Below, piece by piece: positions 1-12,473 of a stretch of DNA of 64,000 bases. Origin of the DNA: Eledone cirrhosa (taxonomy: Eukaryota); contig OZ024741.1 in the NCBI GenBank assembly GCA_964016885.1, forward strand, positions 11,408,001 to 11,472,000, read 5' to 3'. The position numbers and the translations under genes were made by a program. A model generated the notes under the pieces. That model did no database searches, was not told where the DNA came from, and worked only from the letters and a program-made list of their open reading frames with translations. Position 1 is the first letter of the stretch. Every line of letters starts with the position of its first letter.

Positions 1-755
1 GTAGAAAAGGAGTAGGCATAAACTCCATACAATGTACACAATATAAATCTTGGATTCACAAGAGATGTAGTGGAATATCATGTAGACTAATTGGAATGGA
101 AAGTAAGGGGAAAAGCGTCATTGATATAAACCTTTTCCAATCACATGAAGGATCCCTAGAAGTGGTTGATAGCTTCTGTTATCCAGGTGACCTAATTAGT
201 AGCAGAGTAGGTGCTCTGAGAACATAATAGCTAGAATATAGAAGTTTAGAGAGCTACTCCCACTCTTGACAACAAAAGGTTTCTCCCTACGCACAAAAGA
301 ACGACTGTATCATGCCTGTGTGCAAAGTGCAGTACTGCATGGTAGTGAAACATGGGCATTGGCTGCAGAAGACATGCATTGGCTGGAGAGAAATGGAGAA
401 GCCATGCTTTGTTGGATGTACCACGTAAGTGTGAGAGAAAGGCAAAGATTGAATGAACTGAGGGAGAAACTCGGTTTAAGAGGAATCCAAGGTGGTATGC
501 AAGAGAGAAGACTGCGTTGATACGGACATGTGATACACATGGACAATGGTTATTGGGTGAAGAAGAGCCAGGAAATCCTAGTGGAAAGAAGCTGCAGTTG
601 AGGTAGACCAAGGAAGCTGGTGAGAGCTGATCTTAAATTGCTGAGACTCACAGAGGAGATGACGAAGGAATGTGGTGAGTGGAGAGATGCTGTGCTGAAG
701 AGGACTTGTACAACCCATGCAAGCGTGGAAAAATGGACATAAAAGTAATGATGAT
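1..755 (+). mobile_element. Decayed RTE-clade LINE, 3' part of the RT ORF
   Basis: ORF 266-520 (KGFSLRTKERLYHACVQSAVLHGSETWALAAEDM...ERRLR) aligns by eye with the RTE ORF at 13987-15230. It has stops and frameshifts and ends in a short (ATG)n tail near 748. Confidence 0.85.
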
Positions 756-1249
756 ATACATATATATATAAACCCTGCTGGTCTTCCATAAACAACCTTG
801 CCTGGACTTGTGCCTCAGAGGTGAACTTTCTGGAAGGAAATCCCATGGTCATCCAAAGATGGCTACTTACATATATACCTGAAAGGGTGAGTATGGTTTG
901 GTTGGCAGAAGTCTTGGGTAGGGATTAGCGTTTAGTTTAGGGTAGTTGCTGAAGGTAAATAGACTGATTGGAGCAATAACAGTCTTATTTACGTATAAAT
1001 ATATATATTCATCATCATCATCATCACTTGTTTTACATCCATTCTTCCAAGCTAGCATGGGTTAGACGGGTTGTCCTTTTGTGGGCAGTTCAGGTTGGGT
1101 GACCTTGTCTTGCTCATACGGGAACTGATTCTGGCTTGATTTCTACAGCTGGATGCCCTTCCTAACACCAACCTCATTTACAGTGTGGGCTGGGTGCTTT
1201 TTTACTGTGGCACCTCCACGACCACTTTCCAGTGGGAGGGGGTGGGGAC

Positions 1250-1490
1250 ATATATACACATATATATATACATATATATATATACATATATATATACACA
1301 TATATATATACATATATATATACATATATATATATATATACATATATATATACATATATATATACATATATATATACATATATATATATACATATATATA
1401 TTTACATATATATACATATATATATATACATATATATATATACATATATATATATACATATATATATAATATATATGTACATATATATAT
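1250..1490. repeat. (TA)n/(TACA)n microsatellite
   Basis: Directly visible; explains the spurious YI-rich ORFs. Confidence 0.95.
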
Positions 1491-1795
1491 GAATGTATGT
1501 ATAGTATATTTGGCAATATACCGCATGTTTAATTAAAAACATTTTGAAGACCATACGCTATCGGTTTTAAAGTAATGACTATGTCACTTACTTCTTTTCG
1601 GTGGAAGCAGGGAGTGCGTGGCTCTGATGATCGCCAACCAGCGTAAAACAGACTGTTAGCTTCTCTCCCTTCTTTCGCCAAAAAGAAGTAAGTGACATAG
1701 TCACTACTTTAAAACCGATAGCGTATGGTCTTCAAAATGTTTTTAATTAAACATACGGTATATTGCCAAATATACTATACATACATTCATATATA
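1485..1795 (+). repeat. Long inverted repeat (~117-bp arms) whose loop is a mutated type I hammerhead ribozyme
   Basis: 1485-1601 is the near-perfect reverse complement of 1678-1795. The loop has CTGATGA (1624-1630), stem II CGC/GCG, AAAA instead of GAAA (1645-1648), ACAG-A-CTGT and GTT instead of GTC. It is homologous to 19387-19582. Confidence 0.85.
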
Positions 1796-1814
1796 CATCG
1801 AGGCATATATACAT

Positions 1815-2148
1815 GGAAGCACATGGCTTAGTGGTTAGAGCATTGGCCTTTCAATCGAAAGGTTGTGAGTTAAATTCTCAGACCGGGTGATGTGTTGTTT
1901 CCTTGAGCAAGACAATTTATTTCACATTGCTCCAGCTTACTCAGCTGTAGAAATGAGATGATAGGATTGGGGTCCCTATCATTCCACTGTAAAGTGGTCG
2001 TGGAGGTGCCATAGCAAAAAGCACCCAGCACTCACTGTAAATGAGGTTGGTGTTAGGAAGGGCATCCAGCTGTAGAAATCAAGCCAAAATCAGTTCCCGT
2101 CCCACCCTTGCAAGCGGACGTAAAATGAAATGATGATGATGATGATGA
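1815..2148 (+). mobile_element. tRNA-derived SINE with RTE-like 3' tail and (GAT)n end
   Basis: A-box TGGCTTAGTGG, B-box-like GAGTTAAATTC, body CCTTGAGCAAGACA, tail GGTGTTAGGAAGGGCATCCAGC. A close copy lies at 7708-8055. Confidence 0.85.
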
Positions 2149-2329
2149 TCGCTATTTCGGAGGACCAATCCAAATATATATATATATATGGCAGAATTAA
2201 TGACAGCTCTATAGATGAACGGACTCATACGCGTGAGGTGAGTCGGGTCACCCCAACCCCTGGGAACTTACCCATAGAGCAGACAAGAACTGAGACCCGA
2301 CACCAGAGATACCGTGGTTCTTCTCGAAC

Positions 2330-2760
2330 TACCCAGGTCGATAACAGAAAATGTAATTGCAGGAACACCGCCACTTGCTCCATAGCTGGGAAATGCCTCA
2401 TCAAAAACATAGTCTACAACTGTCAGGTCTCCACTTTAGATAGAACCTTCAGGTATGTTGGAGCAACTGCCACTGAATTTAAGGATAGATGGTATAATCA
2501 CCACCATATCTTTAATAGATTAGATAAAAAAAATAGCACGGCGCTTTCTGAATTAGTCTGGAAGCTTAAATAACAGAATATAGAGCACTCCTTATCCTGG
2601 TCCATTTGCTCAGCCCAGCCATATAACGGCAGCACGGGCGTCTGTAATTTATGTATAGCTGAAACCTTTAATATTATTAGAGGCGGCCCTCTATTAATCA
2701 ATAGGAGAGTGGATTTTTTCAGTAACTGCCAACATAGAACCTCGAAAACCTTCCACAGGA
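2330..2760 (+). pseudogene. Penelope-like element fragment: GIY-YIG endonuclease preceded by a Cys-rich motif (Neptune-like)
   Basis: KCNCRNTATCSIAGKCLIKNIVY...RYVGAT...FKDRWYNH...STALSELVWKLK, then an in-frame stop, then CNLCIAE. Homologous to ORF 6137-6655. Confidence 0.85.
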
Positions 2761-3616
2761 TTTTTGGAAAGTAACCTACCACTAACTCCTCCCTTTTTAC
2801 CTTAGCCATAGAGGTCTCTCAATTAGCAAAAAACGGACAATCACACATTCAGGTAGTAGACAGCTAAGATCGTTTGCGCACTTACAAACAGTACTTGGTT
2901 TGTTTCCACAGAGTTCTTACTGCTGAGTGCACATTTACCACTACTTTAGAATACCTAGTTAGTAAATAGTTAGAATTATTACACACTCAGTTAAGACCGA
3001 TTACGCGCATTCACCATTACTTTAGAATACCCTAACCATTGAGTTCTCTCGGTTAGTAAATAGTTAGATGTATTACACACTCAGTTAAGCCCAATTACGC
3101 TCTTTATACATGACTCTACACACAGTACCCGGTTTCTTTACACACGGAGTTCCCACAGTTATGACTGGTCACGATCCTATCAATTGAACACTACACTAGG
3201 TTTTGATCCGTGATCATCTAACCATGGAGTGCTCAGGGTTACTGATTGGACAATATTACTTACACACCATTAATGGGCTTACACACATCCTCGGGGTTTT
3301 GCCATTCTTTTTTATTTTATTTTATTTTATTTTATTTTATTTTGGTGTTGGGTAACAACCTCCACCACTCAAACACCTATCTTAAAAGCCCAAGGGCCCA
3401 TATGACGGGAAAACGCACATACTGACACCTTAACTCAAAAACCCAACCCTACACAGAGCCCCTTGGTGGCCTACATGGTGGTTGCTTGCACGCACAGATT
3501 TGGGGACTCAGATTCTCAATGGGACAACGGCACATAGAGAGTTCGATATGAGCTGACAACTTGCTCTTCACATGGATGTGTATATACCAAAACATACACT
3601 TTTTAGACGATACGGG

Positions 3617-3837
3617 TCATCATCATCATCATCATTTCATTTTACGTCCGCTTTTTCCCTGCTTGCAAGGGTCGGACGGGAACTGATTCTGGCTTGATTT
3701 CTACAGCTGGATGCCCTTCCTAACACTAACTTCATTTACAGTGAGTGCTGGGTGCTTTTTTGCCGTGGCACCTCCACGACCGCTTTGCAGTGGAATGATA
3801 GGGACCCCAGTCCCTATCATCTCATTTCTACAGCTGG
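3617..3837 (-). mobile_element. 5'-truncated SINE (same family as 1815-2148) flanked by a 38-bp direct repeat
   Basis: Reverse complement of the SINE 3' half. The flanks 3578-3615 and 3838-3875 are identical except for 2 mismatches. Confidence 0.85.
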
Positions 3838-4295
3838 GTGTATATACCAAAACATACACTATTTAGAAGATACGGATGTTACAATTCAATCGATACACGT
3901 ATAGCAGAACATTGAACTGAATTTACTTGCGTGTGTATAGGGTTGCGGTTGACCCAATTTTTCCAATTTACATCGTCAAATTGAGATTTGACCAATATAA
4001 CATGTTGTTTTGTAAACTAACTTTCTTTGACCTCGCGTTGGTGTGTGTGTGAGTGTGTGTATGTACTCACTCACACTAACTGTGACCGACTGTAATTCTA
4101 CAGATTTGATGTTGAGATTAGACCCATCCAGCATCTTTTACAGCTATTGAGAGATAGAGACTTGATAGTTTTATGACCCTAACTGAGGACGATAGCAGTC
4201 AGCATGTTTTGGCTGCTTAAATCTTCATATGGGGGACAAAACTCTAGTGAGTGAACATCGTTAAATTTTCTCCCTCATATCAAGGATTTGAAGAC

Positions 4296-4387
4296 AATTC
4301 ATTTTCACCTGACGAGATCAGTGATAATCGATCATGGCCACACGATCGATCTATCTCTTATTGAAAAGTGTCGTGATTAAAATGATT
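4296..4387 (+). ncRNA. Degenerate type I hammerhead motif upstream of the Penelope ORF
   Basis: TCAC-CTGACGA (4309-4315), a long stem II containing ATCGATC/GATCGAT, GAAA (4363-4366), AGT-GTC-GTGA. Stem I TCAC/GTGA pairs, but stem III is imperfect. Confidence 0.55.
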
Positions 4388-4579
4388 GGAAATTTATACC
4401 ATGCCTTCGGATCTTTATTTTGATACAAATACTCCGTTTTACATCATCTAGCTGTTCCCATAAATGGAATTGGAGATATACAAAAGCGTGGAGAACTTAA
4501 TATTGCTAACAAAAGTTTATTGCACCATATGACACAACCAATAATACACCTTACTATATAACAACTATATATATATATA

Positions 4580-6655
4580 CCTACTCCTTCCAACACAACT
4601 TATACCAAACTGCTTATAGATAAAATCGAACAAGTCGTTAAAAGAATGGGATGGAAGGCAATGGTTTACGATGGACTATTCAGTGCTAATACAAATGATT
4701 GTTTTGACATAAAATCCCGTAAATATCCATCTAGAATTAAAGACATGGCCAACTTCGAATTAGACCTTGTTAATTTAATTAGTGATATCAAATTTCGTAA
4801 GTACAATAATAATTTTCAAACTAAACTTTCTAACGATATTTCTAATTTTAAAAATTCTACAAATACTTTTGTTCTTTCCGATAAAACTAAAAATCTCTTT
4901 GAAGTTAATAGTATTTTGTATAACCAACTGTTAACTAATAGTATCACCAACAAATATCAATTAACTAATAATAACACCTATAATACTATTAATAAAGAAG
5001 CTAAAGAACTAGCTAGTTCTTTAAAACTAGACAACCGGATTGAAAGCCTAGCTAAACGTAAAGCATATATTACCCTTAAATACCATAAATTAGACTTTAC
5101 TAATCGACCTAGTTGTAGACTGATTAACCCGGCTAAATCCGAAGTTGGCCTTGCAAGTAAAAAAATCTTAAGAAAAATAATTCTCCAAATTAGAACTAAG
5201 ACTGACTTATCACAGTGGTTAAACACATCATCTGTTATTTCTTGGTTTAATAATATACAAGGTAAAAATAAGTGTAGATTTACCCAATTTGATATTGTTG
5301 ATTTTTACCCCTCTATTACTGTTTCCTTATTAACTAATGCCTTAGAGTTTGCAAGACCCTTCATTAATATTTCTAAATTAGAAGAAGACATTATCTTTCA
5401 TGCTAGGAAAACTCTACTCTTTACTAATGAAAGTATTTGGGTTAAAAAGTCAAACCCTGAAAACTCTTTTGATGTTGCAATGGGTTCATATGACAGTGCG
5501 GATGTGTGTGAATTAGTAGGATTATTCCTTCTCCACACCCTTAAAGAGAAATTTCCGTCCCATAATATCGGTTTATACCGAGACGACGGATTGGCAGTTT
5601 CTCATACCACCAACGGCCATAACCTTGATAAATGCTGTAAAGATTTAATCAATACCTTTGCTAACCTAAACCTTAAAATTACTATAGATACGAACCTTAC
5701 CAATGCTAACTTTCTTGACATTAATCTTGATCTACTTACCGCCTCTTTTAAACCTTTTCATAAACCTAACGAGAATCTAAGATATATACACAAAGAGTCT
5801 TGCCATCCCCCTATAGTTTAAAAAAATCTTATTCCTAATATTAGCCGAAGGATTTCTACCTTATCTTCATCCCTAGACATTTTTAACAAAGCCCTTAATA
5901 ACAGCAGCTTTACAGAACATATTAAATATTTACCTACTCCTCCCCCTAAAACTAATCACAATAATAGGAAAAGGAAAATTATTTGGTTTACACCCCACCC
6001 CTTCGCTCTAACTGTCAAAACTAATGTAGGAAGGAAATTCCTTGACCTCCTAGACAAACATTTTCCTCTTAATCATAGATATTATAAGATATTTAATAGA
6101 AATGTAGTTAAAATCAGTTACTCTTGCTGCCCATCAATGAAGTCTAAAATCACCAATTCTAATCGGACGAGAATAAATCCAGGATGCAGTTGCAGGGAGC
6201 CGGATGAATGCCCATTACAGGGCAAATGTAATACCAAATCCGTTGTATATGAGGCCGAAGTGACACCTTTGATTAACAACCAGCCAGCCACAAGTGAACG
6301 ATATGTTGGCATGACTCAGGACAGGTTCAAAACCAGGTTTTATGCACATGTCGCTTCTTTTAAACACTCTGATAAAAGGACAGCCACGGCTCTCACAAAT
6401 AAGGTGTGGGAATTCAAAGATAAAAACATCCCGTACTCTATCGATTGGTTTATTTTAGACCATTCGAGGGAATACCAAAGGAGCACAAAGAATTGTTCTT
6501 TGTGTACCACTGAAAAATTTAGAATTCTACAAAACTTGAAAGCCACTTCAACTTGCCTGAACTCCAAGACCGAGATCTTCAGATGTTGTCCTCACCTGAA
6601 ATCACATCTGCTCTGTAACTGGATTGACATTCCTACGATGACTCAACCACCTTGA
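4580..6655 (+). pseudogene. Penelope-like retroelement (RT + GIY-YIG), disrupted
   Basis: RT motifs CRLINPAKSEVG, QFDIVDFYPSI, VAMGSYDSADVCELVGLFLL, GLYRDDGL and NFLDI. In-frame TAA at 5819-5821 and a frameshift near 5995, then CSC...CPLQGKC...VVYEA...RYVGMT...FKTRFYAH...CSLCTTEK. Confidence 0.93.
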
Positions 6656-6849
6656 ACTTCTCTGCTCTTTACGTCTTACATCCACTACGATTTTTATTAC
6701 TCTCTGAACTCACTTTCTATACCCTTATATTCTTTTTCTCCCTTATCTCCCCTTATATTTAAACTTTTCCTATGTTATTTATTTTCCTTAATCCCCCTAC
6801 TTTCTACGTTACCCTTTACATACCCACCTTTTTTATTTATAGATATTTA

Positions 6850-6938
6850 TTTCTGTGTGTATGTATGTGTTGCGTATATGTATATGTGTATATATATATA
6901 TATATGTATATATGTGTATATAATTATATATATCTGTA

Positions 6939-6969
<31 letters not shown>

Positions 6970-7072
6970 GTGTGTGTGTATTTTTATTATCGTGGTGACG
7001 TAACTTTTTGTATATATGTGTGTGAATATTAGTGTGTGTGTGTGTGTATATATATATATTTATATATATATG

Positions 7073-7151
<79 letters not shown>

Positions 7152-7166
7152 TTATATATATATATG

Positions 7167-7207
<41 letters not shown>

Positions 7208-7242
7208 TTATATATATATATATGTATTTATATATATATATG

Positions 7243-7332
<90 letters not shown>

Positions 7333-7614
7333 ATAGCCGTCGAAACGGCTTGAGCTCTGCCGTCGGGGTCATACTTTGTCCTATATATATATATGTATAT
7401 ATATATATATTTGTATGGTTGTGTGTGTGTGTATGTATATATGTGTATGTATATGCATAATTACATACAGAGTGATTTAATGTTTATTTTCATTGATTAT
7501 TTGCTCCAAGAATTGTTGAGTGCTCTAAATCAGCTATAAACATTTATACCTTTATTTATTTATTATTTGTCGTATTCCCAACTATTTGTTTACCCCTTCC
7601 ATCTTTTTATTTTT

Positions 7615-7698
<84 letters not shown>

Positions 7699-7700
7699 CT
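6850..7700. repeat. (TA)n/(TG)n compound microsatellites
   Basis: Directly visible. Confidence 0.9.
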
Positions 7701-7707
7701 AAGCAAT

Positions 7708-8055
7708 GGAGGCACATGGCTTAGTGGTTAGAGCATTGGCCTTGCAATCGAAAGGTTGTGAGTTCAATTCTCAGACCGGGTGATGTGTTGTTTCCTTGAG
7801 CAAGACACTTTATTTCACATTGCTCCAGTTTACTCAGCTGTAGAAATGAGATGATACGGACAGGGGTCTATATCATTCCACTGCAAAGTGGTCGTGGAGG
7901 TGCCACGGCAAAAAAGCACCCAGCACTCACTGTAAATGAGGTTGGTGTTAGGAAGGGCATCCAGCTGTAGAAATCAAGCCAGCATCAGTTTCCGTCCCAC
8001 CCTTGCAAGCAGGGAAAAAGCGGACGTAAAATGAAATGATGATGATGATGATGAT
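7708..8055 (+). mobile_element. tRNA-derived SINE, full length
   Basis: A-box TGGCTTAGTGG, B-box GAGTTCAATTC and (GAT)n tail; copy of 1815-2148. Confidence 0.88.
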
Positions 8056-8271
8056 GTGTATGTATATGTGTGTGTGTATGTATATATTTATATGTATGTG
8101 TATGTGTATTGCTTACCATGTGTGTTTGTTTATTTGTGTCCTTTCCTGTATCGCTGTCAACTTTATAATTATTTTTATTTTTATGTGACGGCCTATTGCA
8201 TTATATGTTTGTTCATTGTTTTTTTTATTTTTTCTTATAATTAATTGTGTGTGTGCGTATGTAGGTGTGTG

Positions 8272-8304
<33 letters not shown>

Positions 8305-8629
8305 ATTTATGCGTGTATATATGTGTGTATGTATGTATGTGTATGTACATGTGTGTATATATATATATATATGTATATATGTGTTTGTGTATTTATGTGT
8401 ATGTGTATGTATGGATATATATATATATATGTATGTGTATGTATGTGTATATATGTGTGTTGTGTGTATGTATATATATATATGTCTGTGTGTGTATGTA
8501 TATGTGTGTGTGCGTGTATCTACTTTTATATTTATTCTCTTTCCTTTCCTTCTTCCTTTTCCAGCCTCACTTTCATATAGATTATATTTTTGTTTTTAAA
8601 ATCCACTGTCAATAAATACACCAGGATTT

Positions 8630-8690
8630 TTTCATTCTGATGACTGAAAGCAAATTTTGCTTGCTTTCAAGAAACCACTGGTAAATGAAA
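8630..8690 (+). ncRNA. Type I hammerhead ribozyme with intact core
   Basis: Stem I TTTCATT/AATGAAA; CTGATGA 8637-8643; stem II TGAAAGCAA/TTGCTTTCA (first pair is a C-A mismatch); GAAA 8671-8674; stem III ACCA-C-TGGT; GTA triplet with predicted cleavage after 8683. Confidence 0.8.
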
Positions 8691-9162
8691 TAATTATATT
8701 ATGTTGTTTATTACATAACTATATTTATATATCATCATTCATCATCATCATTTCATTTTACGTCCGCTTTTTCCCTGCTTGCAAGGATGGGACGGGAACT
8801 GATTCTGGCTATATAGTATATATTGCAAGCAGGGAAAAGCAGACGTAAAATGATGATGATGATGATATATATATATATATATATACATACACACAGTATG
8901 TATATAGTATTCATGGGTAAACAGTCATTCTTATACAAGAGGACTTCAAGAAAGGAATGATCAAGAAAGCTCACAAATACTGGGACATCCTGATCACCAA
9001 GGGAAAGTACCCTCGTCAAGGAAAGGGATCTCCTTTTTTTAAACCTCCAGGCTCATGCTGGGAGTAGAACCAATAATAATTATTATTATAATTAGGTAGT
9101 CAGGTGAGAAATGCATGCTAGAAATTAAATTTAGAAAAAAAAGCAGAAATATTTTTTTCTAC

Positions 9163-9217
9163 CTGACATTCGGAAAGGCATAAAAATTTGTTCGCCAGTA
9201 TCAGGGTGTATGATGGC
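9163..9217 (-). CDS. SFXN5: Sideroflexin-5-like, coding exon 3 ([19 protein letters not shown])
   Basis: Contains the sideroflexin hallmark HPDTGE..FMPFRMS. TTTCAG acceptor and GTAGA donor; 55 bp, in phase with the preceding exon. Later exons were not found in this window. Confidence 0.93.
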
Positions 9218-9369
9218 CTGAAATAGTGAGAGACATTGAGAAAATAAAGTGCAAGTGGAAAGAAATAATGCAGATAAGTCTATTACAGCTTATAAGTTGT
9301 TTTTCACAGCTTATAAGTTGCTCTGGTCCATTAGACACCCTCTCACTTTCTTCTCTTCTTTATCTTCTT

Positions 9370-9750
9370 CGCCCACTTATTCCTGAGAGGGTCGTGGGGG
9401 CAGAATCCTCAAATACTCTTTCCAGCAGATCCTGTCAGAAGTAACTGTCTCCAACTGATCTGGTTGGATCCCCAAGTGAGACCAACCAAGCTTATGGATG
9501 TTATCTAAACAGCTTTCTCAGGGTCTACCTCTGGGTCTGCTGCCAGTTGGTCTTTCCTATAAAATCTGTCCAGCAATTCTTTCCTGAGACATTCTAACTA
9601 CATACCCATAGTATCGGAGCTGTGATCTCTTAATTCAGAGAAGTAGTGGCTCTACCTGGAGTGACTCTCTGATCTCTGATCTACAAATATGTTCAGTGAT
9701 TCTTTCCTGAGACATTCTAACCACATGTCCATAGTATCGGAGCTGTGAAG
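9370..9750 (-). mobile_element. Decayed RTE-type LINE 3' fragment
   Basis: The minus strand reads RPTGSRPRGRP, like RTE C-termini; similar to 17500-17690 on the + strand. Confidence 0.55.
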
Positions 9751-11292
9751 AAGCAGTTCTACCTCAGTTTAGATAATAATAATAATCAGGAAAAAATACA
9801 GAGTAATATTTACTCCACAGAAACCTGGCCTTATTTCACCTTCAAACCTTTACTAATTACAACAAAGTCAAAGTACTAAGTTTAAATCAAATTGTAGTGC
9901 ACCTGAGCACTGTACGCAATAATTTTCATTACTTTTATATGTAATTTTTGGTTACAAAAATAAGGTTAGGTTTGATTTATGGGCAAGTTGAAGCATACAA
10001 TAGGCCTGGTGCTTACCTAGTTATACAAATTATTTTAGCTTCAAATCCTCACTCTGCACATTACTGACATTACTGACATTCAGCTTATAGGATGCCAAGC
10101 AGTTTTTAGAGTAGGGACAAATGCTGTATAATAATAAGCTGTCAAATATGCTGAAATAAATAGGCATGACAAAAAGCACCCAGTCAACACTGTAAAGTGG
10201 TTGTGCTGGTGACATTACAAAAAGCACCCAGTCAGCACTGTAAATGAGGTTGGTATTAGGAAGGGCATCCAGCTTTAGAAACCAAGCCATAAACAGTTCT
10301 GTATGTGCAAGACATGGTCACCTGACCTACCATTGCCCACAACAGGACAACTTGTCTAACGCATGCTAGCGTGGAAAAATGGACATAAAACAGTAATGAC
10401 TGGCTGATTCTCGGTGTTAATAAATTCATTATGAAGAGGCCACAAGTTGAAACCCTACATTCTAGATATTGCACAAGGAGGAGGTATGAGTGATGTTGAG
10501 TTGTAACCCTGAACCGTTTTGATACCAGCCTGGCCAAAACCAGCTCTGTCTGGAGTGAGGACTTGAAGTGAAAATAATGTTTAGTATGTGAGCACTAGGT
10601 CTACGTTTTAACTTGCCTACAAACAAAACCACTCATTCTAAGTGGTTCCTATTTAAATTAAAATCCCCTAACATATAAGAACCATATGTTAAGTTACTAT
10701 CTTAGTAATAATTATTATTTTAGTAAATTGCTCAAACTTCTTCATTAAACCTTTGATACCAGCTCTGATGAAACCAGTTCTGGTTCTATAAAACCACCCA
10801 TTTTCAAGGGTCCTATTTAAATTAAAATCTTCCAAAATAATTTTATATAAGAATCATTTATATAATAACTTTGGCTTTATTATATAGAAACTATGTAATA
10901 TGACAGCTGCAGCTTGATAAGGTCCGTCTTCCCCATTTGGTGGCTGTTGTGGTCTGGTTACATATGCTGAGTTGGGGAGGGTGGGTGTTCTGTGTTTAAT
11001 TTGCCAAATTCGGAGGGTGGGTCATGGTTTGGTTTAGCAGAAATCACAAGTGCAGGTTGGTGTTTGGTTTAAGGTATTTGCTGAGAGTAGACTGGAGCAA
11101 TAATGGTCTTATTTACATATATAAACTACCATCTATCCTATGAAATAATTTTCATAAGTAAATTCCTCAAAATTCATCATCAATTAATTAAAATAGAGAG
11201 TACTTCATTAGAAACATGATCATGAAAGGGTTGAAGTATATGAGGTGTTAGTCCTATTAATGGCTGTCTGCATTTCCAGGCTGGCATGGGTT

Positions 11293-11665
11293 ATCATCAT
11301 CATCATCATCATCGTTTAACGTCCATCTTCCACGCTTGCATGGGTTTGGACAGGAATTTTCCCACTTGAGGCAAGATTGGTTGTCTTGCTCGTATAGGAC
11401 TGTCTACGGCTGGATGTCCTTCCTAACACCAACCACGTTTACAGTGTGGACTTGGAGGTTTTTACCGTGTTACCTACACGGCCACATTACAGCGTGGACT
11501 GTGTGTTTTTTTGTCGTGACACCTACACGACCTCATTTGTTTCGGACTGGATGTTGTGGTACCAACATAACTTTACATTGAAAGGGGTGGTGTGGATGGG
11601 GTGGGGGTAGTGGGATGGGGGTGTATTTTTGTTAGAGGTGCATACTGACTGTAGGTTTCGCTTTG
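11293..11665 (-). mobile_element. 5'-truncated copy of the RTE LINE 3' UTR
   Basis: Colinear with 13626-14010, including TACTGACTGTAGGTTTCGCTTTG, the end of the RTE ORF. Confidence 0.8.
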
Positions 11666-12473
11666 GGGTTAATCTAGACATTTAGAGCTAGTGGTAGTGG
11701 TTATCTAAACTATAATAAAGTAAGGAGTGCAGGACTGCATATGGTTTATAATTTTTTATCCTATTAGTAAAATAAGTTGGATTACTTTGAATAAATAATG
11801 AATGAATATTACATAATTTATCTACTAAATTTCGTGGCTGTTTATTAAATATATTTTATTACTTATTTTAAGATTCACTTCTTTAAAATTTTCAATAACA
11901 CTTCTGGTTAACGATTGCTTAATATATTAATTCATATATTTCCGTCACTAATTTTCTCCTAATACAGTTTATATATAATATCGTCTTGTTTTAATGTATC
12001 ATGGATTACGTTACTGATTACATAAGACAGTATAACACAGTCTTCGTTCAATTTCTGTGTATATTGTCAATGACGATTTTATTTGATGTATCATATCTAC
12101 ATGCATATATACTTTCGTATAATATCAATATACACACTACACATGCTAGCAGAAAACCACCCAAAGGGTGGTTTTTCTGCTAGTTATTGTAATAGTGTTT
12201 GTAGTGGAGGTAGTGGTTGTACCAACAGTAGTAGTAGCTTAACCCCAGCTCTATCCTGATCCAGTAGGACTATTATCAAAGGAATCCAGCCATGACAATC
12301 TTTTTTTAAAAACGTACATATGAATGTGTGGATGTATGTGTGCTTGTATGTATGCATGTATGTGTGCATGTATGCATGTATATACGTATGTGCGCATGTA
12401 TATATGTAAGTATATATGTATGTATGCATGTATGTGTGCATGTATGTATATATATATGTATATATGTATGTTG

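Noticed and set aside
1143-1536. YI/HT/CV/ER-rich ORFs here and at 6772-8615, 22385-23419, 25190-26645, 45883-46335 and 62727-63429
   Set aside because: Translations of microsatellites that lack stop codons; no protein-family signal.
1815-1890. tRNA gene (also at 7708-7780)
   Set aside because: The A and B boxes belong to a SINE head that continues into a SINE body and tail; no full cloverleaf or poly-T terminator.
10761-10790. CTGATGAAAC as a hammerhead core
   Set aside because: There is no room for stem II, and the sequence aligns with MITE-like termini near 10520 and 20520.
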